From assembly GCF_030144855.1 (NCBI RefSeq), contig NC_082717.1:30876001-30940000 (forward strand): 64,000 bases of DNA, written 5' to 3'. A program made the position numbers and the translations under genes. The stretch's first letter is position 1. Each line of letters starts with the position of its first letter. The notes beneath the pieces are model-generated. The model had not been told where the DNA came from. It saw nothing but the letters and a program-made list of their open reading frames with translations, and did no database searches. Below, in pieces: positions 1-12,400 of the stretch. The stretch is from Hypanus sabinus (taxonomy: Eukaryota).

Positions 1-323
1 TCTCAATTGCATTGTACTTCTGCTGTAAATTTCACGACATAAGCTGGCGATTTCAAACGTGATTCTGTTTTTGATTCAGACCTGAGACATTTTTTTGTTT
101 CTATGGCCTTGCTGAGTGTTTTCAGCATTTTATTTTTTTAAATTTCAGATATATAGCTTCAGCAGTTTTTATTTCTTTATTTTCTTGTATCGTATGGTTC
201 TTTAATTCTGCTTTGAAAAAAGCTCACTGCCCCCTCCATTTATAAGATTAATACGATTGGCTAAATCGTACTACAATTCCCAGAGGTCCTTACGAGAGTA
301 AGTGTGACGTATTACCATTCCCG

Positions 324-337
324 GTATCTATGACAAC
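324..337 (+). promoter_or_regulatory. RFX X-box in the DYNC2LI1 promoter, with a nearby CRE half-site (305-310) and inverted CCAAT (256-260)
   Basis: GTATCTATGACAAC is an imperfect palindrome matching the X-box type GTNNCC-AT-RGNAAC, about 80 bp upstream of the ATG. X-boxes are typical of ciliary and IFT genes. Confidence 0.7.
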
Positions 338-415
338 GGGGGCCTAGGTATGTAATGGTGACAGAGCCGGCGAGTGGAGGTTGCTTTGGAGTGAGCGGTC
401 ATTTCAGCGAGGAGG

Positions 416-429
416 ATGCCTCGGTCGAG
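416..429 (+). CDS. DYNC2LI1: DYNC2LI1 coding exon 1 (MPRSS)
   Basis: ATG CCT CGG TCG AG|gtgatt in a CpG-rich region; phase 2 joins exon 2 (T GAC ACT CTA TGG). Confidence 0.85.
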
Positions 430-3400
430 GTGATTAGATAACGATAGCGGTTAGGAATAGCAGTCACACACGCCATCCCAGTTTAGAGCCCGAATGGCAA
501 CCACGGATCAATGCAATTTCTTGTTCGTTCACAGCCACAAACGGATCGGTTTAATTAAAGACCTGCATTTACATAGTCCCTTTAAATTTCCAAACCTCTA
601 GACAGGCAATTAAATTACGTTAAAATATTATTTCATGTAATATCGGAAACAAGATAACCAGATCGTGTACCATAGATACTGTGCGCAACGGATACACGTT
701 GCAACCCTGGAATGCATTGCAGCGATGTTGATTGCAGAGTAAATAATCTTAAAGGCGCTAGCCATTTGGGGGATTGTGAAAGTGCTTCCTGCTAACCCGC
801 CTTTGCATCTGTTATTCCTGCCTTTATGCCCTTGTCTAACTTGTGGAAATATTATTGCATTGTTTAGCTTGTGTTCAGTGCACAGAGTTCTGCAGCCGCG
901 TAAACACGATCCCATGTTTGATTTCCAGCCACAAATGCCTGCAGCGTTTACGCGTGTTTTGTGTGATCGTTTCAAATGTTCTGTCTGGTAGATTAATTGG
1001 TTAACTGTAAATCACCTCTTGTGTCGGTGGATGGTAGGAGAATCGGGGTAGTTAATGGGAAGAGAGGTACGGCAATTGGTGGGTTAATGTGATTGCTCTG
1101 AAAAGCAATATAGACTAAATAGGTCAAATGCATAGATTAGATGGGGCAAGTGGCCTATGTTGTACAAAGATCTGAATTTTCACATTTCTACCCAGTTCTA
1201 TGAGTAGTAAAAGAAAACTAATATTTAACTTTATAAAACTCTGTTTAGGCCACATCATATTGCATACTGTCCTGGTCACCCCACTATAGGAAAGATGTTG
1301 AGGCTTCAGAGGTTTACCAGGGTGCTGCTTGGTGTAGAGGCTATGTAGTATATAAACACGAGTTGATTTTTCCGGAGCATTGGAGGCTGAGGGGAAATCT
1401 GATGGAGGTTTACAAAATTATGAGAGGCACAGATGGAGTGGACAGAGAGTATCTGTTTCCCAGGGTTGAAATCTCTCATACCAGGGAACATGCATTGAAG
1501 GTGAAAGGGGGTAGGTTCAAGGTGGATCTGAGGGGTAAGTTTTTTTACTCAGACTCAAGGATGCCTGGAATGTGCTGCTTGGCATGAGGCAAGTATCTCA
1601 GAGACTTTTAAGAGACGTTTGATTAGGCACATGGATGTAAGGAAGATAGAGGGGTATGGACATTGTGGAGGTAGGAGGGATTAGTGTTAGGGCAATTTTG
1701 ATTTGCCTTTTAGCAGGTCGGGCACAACATTGTGGGCTGAATGGCCTGTTCCTGCGCTGTACTATTCAATGTTCAACTTACTGCTAAATTGCATAACCAT
1801 TGAATTATTTTGAAGTGCTGATGGTTTTCATTTGCAAATGTTGTAATAAATATGTAAACCAGAACCAGTTGGTAATTTTGCTTGTATCATTGAACGCTGT
1901 ATGGGAAGCTGAGTAGTCACTGCACCTTGAGTAGTGTAATAATATGTTATATCCATAAACATGGCCTTAATACAGACAGACAGACGTACTTTCCAGAGGG
2001 AAATTGGGTTTTGTTACAGCCGCACCAAGCAAGAATAGTGAAGAAATATAGCAATATAAAACCATAAATAATTAAATAATAAGTTAATCATGCCAAGTGG
2101 AAATGTCCAGGACCAGCCTATTGGCACAGGGTGTCTGACACTCCGAGGGAGGAGTTGTAAAGTTTGATGGCCACAGGTAGGAATGACTTCCTATGACGCT
2201 CAGTGTCACATCTTGGTGGAATGAGTCTCTGGCTGAATGTACTCATGCCTAACCAGTACATTATGGAGTGGATGGGAGACATTGTCCAAGATGGCATGCA
2301 ACTTGGACAGCATCCTCTTTTCAGACATCACCGTCAGAGAGTCCAGTTCCACCCCCACAACATCACTGGCCTTATGAATAAGTTTGTTGATTCTGTTGGT
2401 GTCTGCTACCCTCAGCCTGCTACCCCAGCACACTACAGCAAACATGATAGCACTGGCCACCACAGCCTCGTAGAACATCCTCACCATTGTCTGGCAGATG
2501 TTAAAGACCCCAGTCTCCTCAGGAAGTAGAGACGGCTCTGACCCTTCTTATAAACAGCTTCAGTGTTCTTTGACCACTCCAGTTTATTGTCCATTCGTAT
2601 CTCCAGGTGTTTGTAATCCTCCACCATGTCCACACTGACCCCTTGGATGGAAACAGGGGTCACCGGTGCCTTAGCCCTCCTCAGGTCCACCACCAGCTCC
2701 TTAGTCTTTTTCACATTAAGCTGCAGATGATTCTGCTCGCACCATGTGACAAAGTTTCCCACCGTCGCCCTGTACTCGGCCTCATCTCCCTTGCTGATGC
2801 ATCCAACTATGGCAGAGTCATCAGAAAACTTCTGAAGATGGCAAGACTCTGTGTTGTAGCTGAAGTCCGAGGTGTGGATGGTGAAGAGAAAGGGAGACAG
2901 GACAGTCCCCTGTGGAGCCCCAGTGCTGCTGGCCACTCTGTCTGACACACAGTGTTGCATGCTATTCCTTTACCTTTTGAAATGCTGGTTTCTTACATCT
3001 CTTTATGATTGGCAAGGGCACTGTAGAAGAAGAATTTGTCAAATATGGCAGAAATTGCTTTTAGGATAGTACATTATAGAGCCTACCCAGGAATAGGCTA
3101 TGTAAAATTTGGTCTTATATGGTGTAAGGATTAATAAAGGATCTTGTGGTTACAGGGAATAGAGATTATAATATGACAGAATTCCAAGTGCAATTTGTGG
3201 GTGACCAAATGCAATTTAACAATAAACGCCATGGTCTATAACCAGAATCTTAAATATTAATAAATGTGCACAGTTATAACAGTATGAGGGAGAAGTTGTT
3301 CAAGGTGAAGTGAAGAGATCTGTAGAGGAAATATGGCAGGTATTCAAACAACTGGTCTGCGATGCTCAGCAAGAGTTTATCCCATCAAAAGGAGGGATTC

Positions 3401-6400
3401 CATGAGAAAGAGGCAGAATCTGTAGTTAACCAAGAAGGTAAAGATTTATATTAAATTGAAAATTGGGGCATAAAAATGCCAATGGTGTTTATCCAAAGGA
3501 CTAGGACAACAGCATTTTAACGTTCATGGCAAAAGGATCAGAGTTTTAAAATAGGGAGGTTTTATTGCAATTATTGGTGAAGCCTCACCTCGGATACTCT
3601 GTAGCATAGTTTCAGCCCCCCCCCCTTACCCAAAAAAAGATGTAGTAACATTGAAGACAGTATAAATAGGATTCATCAGTCTAATTCCTGCATTGAGAGG
3701 GTTGTCCTGTAATGAACAACTAAATAGTTTGGGCCTGTATCCCTTGGAGTTTAGAAGAATGAGTGGTAATTGTATTCCAACATTCCCAAGGGGGATTGAC
3801 AAGATAGATGTTGGGTTGTTTATATTGTTAGAAGAAGAGTCTCAAACAAGGTGACATAGCTCTAAGCTACTTACTGCTCACTTAAAAATTAGGTAAGTTG
3901 AAATTTCTTCTTGCAGTGTTTGGTGGATGTGAAATCATGAGAAATATTTAAAGTAGAGGTGACTAAATATTAATTAGACTAAATAATGATAATAAGCTTT
4001 TGCTGAAGAGTTTGTTATATTTCCCCCAATATAAGTTCAACTGATTGGTGTGACTGTCCTAAAATCATTTACTATGAGAAAATGAAATAATGCTTTGCTG
4101 CATTGACTTGTCTAGCAATATTCTTTTTGTATGGACATTGCTTTTCACTTGCAGTGACACTCTATGGGACATAGCTTTGGCTGAAATTTCTAAAAAGAAT
4201 GAAAACAAAGAAAATGAAGACGACTTGGAAGCCAGGGAAAGATCTGTATTTTTCGTGGGAAATAAGAGTGGGGTAAGTTGCATGGACCACTTTCAAAGCT
4301 AAAGAATTTTTCACAACATATATTCCCCCTACTCTCAGCCCTCTTGCCTGTGCACACCACCACCTTTCACCACCTCCTCACCCTCACACGCACACACGTA
4401 CTTTGCTCACAAATGGACAGTGAAAATCAAAGGACTAAAATTAGTACGGCATGTGTTTGCAAATGCCAAATAACAGTGAAAGATTGATAAAGAATGATTG
4501 CTTAAAATTATAGCATTATATTATGAATACTAGGAGTTTGAATTTAATATAAAAAACTGCTAGAAATGCATAACCAGGCACCCTCAATGGAGAGAGTAAA
4601 ATATCAGAGTTAATAGGGTGAAATCCAGTCAGCATAGCCTTTGTCTCACCATTTTCCCCAAGGTCAGACTGTGAATGTCCTATCCTTTGGTGATTGCACA
4701 GTTCTTTAAGTCCTACCAGCCTTGCTGCATGAGGTTAAGTCAGTAGCAAGCATTGTTTATTAAAGATGAATGGATGCAAATCAAATATTTGAAAAGTTCA
4801 AGTATTCTTTAAATAAAAAAAATTAGAAGGGCAGGATGAGCTGCCTCAACAACTACTGTCCAGTGGCACCAATATCTACTATGATGAAGTGTTTTGAAAG
4901 GTTGGTCATGGCTAGGATCAACTTATCTTAAGCAAGGACCTGGACCCGCTGCAATTTGCCTATCGCCACAATAGGCTACAGCAGATGCAATCTCACTGGC
5001 TCTCCACTCAGCCTTGAATCACCTAGACAATAGCAATACCTACATCAGGCTGCTATTTATTGATTACAGTTCAGTGTTCAACACATTCATTCTCTCAGTT
5101 CTAATCAACAAGCTCCAAAATCTGGGCCTCTGTACCTCCCTCTGCTACTAGATCCTGGACTTCCTCAGCTGGAGACCACAGTTAGCATGGATCAGAAGTA
5201 GCATCTCCTCCTTGGGGACAATTAAAACCAGCACTCCTCAAGGATGCGTGCTTAGCCCACTTTTCTACTCTCTCTATACCCATGACTCTGTAGCTAGACA
5301 CAGTTCGTGCCATCTCTAAATTTGCCAACCATACGTCTATTGTTGGTGGAATTTCATATGGTGACACAGGAGCGAGATGGATCAGCTGGTTGAATGTAGT
5401 CACAACAAAAGCCTTGCACTCAACATCAGTAAGGGGAGTTCAAGGGAACACACACCAGCCCTTATCAAAGGATAAGCAGAGGAAAGAATAAGCAGTTTCA
5501 AGTTCTTTGGTGTCAACAACAACATCTCTGAAAATCTATCCTGGGCCCAACATATTGATGCACTTACAAAGGCACAACAGCTGCTATATTTCATTGGGAG
5601 TTTGAGGAGATTGGTATGTCACCAAAGGCACTCACAAATTTCTACAGATATACTGTGGAGAGTATTATAAATGGTTGCATCATTGTCGGGTATAGAGGGG
5701 CCACTACCCAGAATGGGGAGAAAGCTGCAGAAAGTTGTAAACTCAGCCAGCTCCATCGTGAACACTAGCTTCCCCAGCTTCAAAAGAAACATCCATCATT
5801 AAGGGCCCACATCACCCAGGACATGCCCTCTTCTCATTAAATACAATACAGAGAAACTACAAAAAACAGAGATGTAAAGGGATTTGGGAGTCCTTGTGCA
5901 GGGTTCCCCAAAGGTTAATTTGCATGTTGAGTCTGTGGTGAGGAAGGCAATGCAGTGTTAGCATTCATTTTAGGAGGACTAGAAATTAAAAGCACGTATG
6001 TAATGTAGAAACTTTACAAAGCACTGGTGAGGCCTCACTTGGAGTATTGTGAGCAGGTTTGGGCCCCTTATCTTAGAAAGGATGTGCTGAAACTGGAGAG
6101 GATTCAAAGGAGGTTCACAGAAATGACTCCAGGATTGAATGGCTTGTCACTTGAAGAGCACCTGATGGCTCTGGGCCTGTATTCACTAGAATGCAGAAGA
6201 TTGAGGGGTGATCTCATTGAAACCTATTGAAAGGTGAAAGGCATTGATAGAGTGGATGTGCAGTGATGTCTCCTATGATGGGAGAGTCTAAGACCAGAGG
6301 AGGAATTTCTTTAGCCAAAGACTGGTGAATCTGAGAAATTCTTTGCCACAGGCAGCTGTGGAGGCCAAGCCTTTATGTATATTTAAGGCAGAAGTTGATA

Positions 6401-9400
6401 GATTCTGGGTTGTTATAGGGATGAAGGGATATGGAAAGAAGGCAGAAGATTGGGGCAGAGAGGAAAATTGGATCAGACATAATGAAATGGCGGAGAAGAC
6501 TCAATGGGCCAAATGGCCTAATTCTGCTCCTATATCTTAGGGTCTTATGGTCTCATTGCTACCATCAAAGAGGAGGTACAGGAGTCTGAAGACACACTCA
6601 AGTTTTTCAGAAACAGCTCCTTCTGCCATATGATTTCTGAATGGACAATGAATCCATTAACACTACCATTTTTTAAATTTTCTTTTTGCACTAATTGTTT
6701 AATTTTGTATATACTTATTGCAGTTTAATATTTTGTATTACCTCTGCTGCAAAACAGTAAATTTTACAATGTATGCCAGTGATTGTCAACCTAATTCTGA
6801 TTCTGAATTGTGAAATAATTAAAACCTTAAATATACAGTTAAGTAAAGAAAATGTACAAAAATTGCACCTTTTTGATGAAAGTTTGGGATTTTCTTTACT
6901 CATGAGTCCCAGTTGAATAGGTAAGCCCACAGAGCTGATTGTGGTCTTCAGGAAGAGTAAGATGAGGGAACAAAGAAGGAACAATTTCAAGTTCCTGGGT
7001 GTCAATATCTCTGACAATCTAACCCAGCCCCAACATATTGATGCAGTTATCAAGAAGGTAAGACAGTGGCTAATTTCATTAGGAGTTTGAGGCCATCTGG
7101 CTTGTCACCAAAAACACTCAAAAGCTTCTACATGTACTGCGGAGAGTATTCTGACAGGCTGCATCACTGTCTGGTATGGGAGTGGGGGCTACTGCACAGG
7201 ATCGAAAGAAGCTACAGAAAATTGTTAAATTAATCAGCTTCATCTTGGGTACTAGCCTCCATAGTATCAAAGACATTTTCAAGGAGTAGTGCCTCAGAAA
7301 AGCAGTGTCCGTTATTAGGGACCAACCCCCCACCATCACACAGGACATGCCCTCTTCTCATTGTTACCATCAGGAAGGAGGTACAGAAACCTGAAGGCAC
7401 ACACTCAACAATTAAGGAACTGCTCCTTCCTCTCTGGCATGCGATTTCTAAATGGACATTGTACCCAAAACTACGGCTTCATTTTTTAAATTATTTCTGT
7501 TTTTACACTACTATTTTTAATCTGATTATTTAATATACATATATACTTATTATATTTCATATTTTCTATATTTATCATGTATTGCATTGTACTGCTGCCG
7601 CTAAGTTAACAAATTTCACGACACATTCCCACAATATTAAACCTGATTTTGATTCTAATCAGTTCTAACCTCCAGCTTTTTCTCAATTTCAATGCAAAAA
7701 TGTGCAGTCAAGGAAGTTCAGAATGTACCATCATGTACTCTGCAGCCAATTGTTGGTTCACCACAAAAACTCGAGCTAGCTGATTCTGTCACAATTAATA
7801 TGGTCTCAACTCATTTCTTTGGTCTGGCTAACAGAAGTGAGATACTTATTAAAGTATCAGAAGGTGTGAGTTTCCCCTTAATTGCTTTTGCATTGGTAGA
7901 GGACCTTGATCTTGCTCATGTTGAATGCAATGCCTGCCCCTCCTGCATTGCATTGTCAATGACCATAAAGGTTCACGGTAGGACCCTAGAAAACTCAACC
8001 ACTTCCCGTATGTCAGAAGCTGGTTCTTGGCAGAGGCAGACATTGATGATAAAAATGTAACACAACCTCAATGTGCCTGTGCAGTCTTTGGTCAGATGAG
8101 GAAAAGATATTTGAAGATCAAATCCTCACTGCCTATTGATTCCCAGGAATTCCTGGCCCTTGACCATTCAAAGGAAATGAAGCATTTTGGATGAAATTGA
8201 GAACCTTTAGACCAGGCATTACAGGCAGACGGACATTCTGTTTAGATAACAGAAGGAGAAAAAAATACAATCTGCCTATCCTAAGCAATACACACAAAAA
8301 TCTGGAGGAACTCAGCAGGTCAGGTAGTATCTATAGAAATGAATAGATAGCTGACATTTCAGTCCAAGATTCTATCCTGTCAGCCTTCACCTATCTGGAA
8401 ATATATGCAATTTGCTGATTAGCCAGCATGGAGCCAATAAAATGATGATGATGAAGCCTGAGAGGCATTTTCATGCTTTACAAGGTGTGGAACGAAAGAC
8501 TGTGGCGCGCCACTCCTCACACAGACATTATGCAGTATTTTTCCTTTATTTTGAGGTTGAGTTGCGAGCTGAACACTCAACCTGGCATGGATGGAAAGCG
8601 TACACTGGAATGGCCTGGCTGGATTCGAACCCGTGAACCTCCGTTCTGGAGTCTGGCGCTGATGTCACTGCACCACCAGCTGATCTAAAACTATAAAATT
8701 AAAGTAGAAGTAATTCCTCCTTATTATGAGGGAGTGCTTTCCTATGTATCTCCTGCTGCTCAGTCCCTATGATATTATTGGAAGTTAATATGTGGGCTAT
8801 TGTCCTTTTGATTGCATAATTAATATAAATAATTGCATTGACTAAAGTTTCATAATTATCAGATAATCAGAATCAGGTTTATTTGTTACCAATGGGTATG
8901 TTCTGTCTTATGACATGAAACTTGTTATTTTGTGGCAGCAAGACAATGCAGACATACAATTACTATAAATTACAAAATCAATATTAGAAAAAAGGAATAA
9001 TGAAGTAGTGTTCAGGAGGAAAGCTGTTCCTAAATTATTAAGTATGGGTGCCCAGGCTCCTGTACCTCCTTCCCAGTGGTAGTAATGGGAAGAGGGCATG
9101 TTCTGGATGATGATGGTCCTTAATAATGGATGTTATCTCTTGAAGTTGTTTTTGGTAGTGAGGAGGATTGTGCCCATGATGGATATATCTGAATTTACAA
9201 CCCCCTGCAGCCTTTTATAATCTTGTGCATGAAGCTTCCATACCAGACTGTGGTGTAACCAGCCAGAATGCTCTGCACCGTGCATCTATAGAAATTTACT
9301 AGTCTTTTGGCCAAACTCCTTGAAACTCCTACTGAAGCATGCCTTTGTCATGATTTAGTCAATATATTGGGCCCGGGACAAATCATAAGCAGAAATGCGG

Positions 9401-12400
9401 CTGGCAGAACTGGAGAGAAAATAAATGATTAATATTATACCTTCAGAACTGGGGAAGAGTGGAGGGGTGTCAGTTTTCAAAATGTATTCTCCAAATTTAT
9501 TTTACAGAAAATTATGATCTTGCTTTATGTGTTAATTTTAAAAAACTGCTCTTCATAAACAATTTCAATAACAAAATAATTATGGGCATTATTATTTAGG
9601 ATGTATACATGTATAGAGTCACTTACATATATTTGTATTTTATTTTACAGGGAAAAACTACTATTACACTCAGATTTCTTGACAGGTACGTATTGGCCAG
9701 TGAGTTTAAGATCTAGAAAATTGAGTGTGGATTTAAACTACCCTACCAACATAATAGTTTACTGTATCACTGTTACACATTAGTAATATTTATGTTACCA
9801 GATATAACTTCAGATAAATAATTGAAGAATTACAACCATGCAGCACTTGGTAAGCTTGATAACAATGTGTGCAATGAACTTGTTTTGGCAGAGATGAAGT
9901 TTCAAAGCCTACATTAGCTTTGGAATATACTTTCGGAAGAAGAGCAAGAGGACATAACACTGTAAGCACTGACATTGTTGGTTCAAAAACAAATTGATTC
10001 CAAGCAAGAAAACACTTTCAAAAGAATTTTGGAACAAAACTATGGCTGGTCCAAGCTCCTAACTAGTTAGGTAATGAAGTATAGACAAAGCAGGAAATCG
10101 GGAGGTTATGAAGTTTAGACAAAGCTGGAAATCAGGATTGAATGTTAAATTCCCTGTTTGAACTAATACAGTGATTAAATGGAGGTAAACAATAAACTTA
10201 TTAACCAAAAAAACCCAAATTGCTGGAGGAACTCAACAACTCTCCTCAAACAGCATCTGTTGGAGGAGAGGAATTGTCGACGTTTTGGCTCAAGACCGTA
10301 CATTAGGACTGAGACAGAAGAAAGCTGATAGAAGAGGGAGTGTGCGAAGAGAGAGGTTGGTAGTTATAGGTGGACTGAGACGGGGTAAAGGATGATGTGG
10401 GGAACGGGGAGAAGTGGAGTGAGGTTATCAGTAAATATATGATAGATAGAAGCCAAGAACAGCTAGGCAGAGGCAGGGTAAGGTGAAAGTGGAGACAGGA
10501 TGGAGGGTGATAAGCAGGGGTACATGGGTACAAGTGCAAGAGACTGATAAGTAAAGAAGGTGAAAATGGGAGAGATGAGGGGCAGATGGAAAAGGGGATA
10601 TAATGAATAAAGTGTGTGGGTATTAGGTGGATGAAACCAGAAGGGTGATAGAATCTGGAACAGCGGTCAGTGAGGAAAAGAGAACAAAATGGAAGGATCA
10701 GAGGTGAATCTGAAGAAAGGGGAACACAGATTACCTAAAAATGAAAAGTTCAATGTTCATACCATTGTGACGTAGCCATGTGGAATAGGAAATGTTGTTT
10801 TAGTTTGCATTGAGCAAGTTGCTGTGGGAATGAGAAGAGGAGTTGAAATGGGATGCACAGGTATTGTGCGCAGGTGCTCTGCGGATTGGTCACCTATACT
10901 GCCCTTGGTCTGGCCAATATAGGAAAGACAGTTGGAGGGGATGTATATGCATCTGCACCTTGAAGAACTATTTAGTTCCTTGGATGGAGGAGTTGTACCT
11001 TCTGTGTTGCCGAGGGGAATGCCAGGAGTCATGAGGGGTAGATGGGGAGGGATAAACGGACCATGGATAAACGGTTCTTGTGGAAGTATAAGGGATGAGG
11101 ATGGGAAAGTGTGGCCAGTGGTGGAGTCCTATTACTGCTGGCAGAAATGAAGGATGCAGAGACTAGGGTGAGGACTAGGGAAGCTGTATCTCTCTTCTGT
11201 CTGGTTGAGGTGGAGTAAGAGCAGATGTCTAAGAATCAAAGAAAATGTGAGAGAGGGCTTTATTAATCGCCACCAAAAGGAATTCATACTCTAAAATCTT
11301 TGTGTTTCCAAGCCCATCAATTATTAAACTTCCACAAGCTGACAGTCTAAATTTCTTTAAGCTAAATTGAATTAAAAATCTTCATTAGCTCCCACAAGTT
11401 AGACTTGTATAAATTATATGCATGTTAAATCCATACTGTATGTGTTCCTTGATAGGAGTTGCAGAATTTTTTATAAGCTGACAGTCTTCCAAAAAAAGTA
11501 GACCTGCCAAACCCTAGTACTAATTGAATATACTTCCCAGGCCTCTGAAGAAAGTCATTTTGTTCCAAAAATTATTTTAATATGTAATATATACATTGTC
11601 ATATCAAAGGCACTGAGTTCTGTTACAAAGAAATGTAAATGAGTGTATGAAGTGCTAACAAATTAATGTGTATGATTTGTGTGAATGTGAGTACAGTTTA
11701 GGGAATACCATCAATCATCTTCACAAACGGTCAATACAACAGATCTTAGTGATATTGTGTTAAAGTTTCATAGGTGTGATCTGCTCCAAGCAGCTCTAAG
11801 TAAAAAGATAAACGTTAGATAGAACTGATAAATAAATGTCATGTAGATAGCTTTAGGGTGTAAACTGTATATGTATTTATTAATTTATTGATCAAATGAT
11901 CCATCCAAATTCTTACAGGTTGTTAGAAAAGATGTTTGTTTTTAGTTAAATTTTATTGAGGTTTTGTAGGCCTGTATTGAGAGATTTTTAATAATTACAG
12001 TGCTTTATAGTAAAGGAGATTGTAGCTTTATTTTTTGGTGATATTTATTTCACGAGTACCATCAATTTTCTGTCACTGGAGGGCATTAGCTTAATTTTCA
12101 ACCCGAATAAAACCTGTGTGATAAAACATTGCAAGAAATCCAAATTAACATGATGGACATTTTGGTTGAGTTTTCATTTGGAGCTCTGGTGGCAGTCTGT
12201 ACCAAATGTAACCAGCATATGTGTATTTGCAGAATTTTCTATTATTTTTCAGCAAGGTGCACTGGCAATTAGTACCACTCCAGCATCTTGTCTGTTGCTA
12301 CATACTCTAGCACCTCCAATCTCTTTGTGTCTCTATTGATGTGTTGAACTCTATTTTGCAGCCAAAAGATATTGCCCACTTTTGGGAACTAGGTGGTGGA

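Noticed and set aside
628-991. Overlapping ORFs near the DYNC2LI1 5' end
   Set aside because: Intron 1 sequence partly overlapping a SINE remnant; no domain or splice support.
7692-8060. 122-aa ORF as a hidden exon or gene
   Set aside because: No recognisable homology, and the DYNC2LI1 model is complete without it; probably decayed repeat DNA.
8600-8681. tRNA gene (perfect B-box GGTTCGAATCC)
   Set aside because: No convincing acceptor stem or cloverleaf; it continues into a SINE body with a (CAT)n tail.
10070-10137. CRISPR-like repeat
   Set aside because: Only two directly adjacent copies with no spacers, in eukaryotic DNA; a simple tandem duplication.
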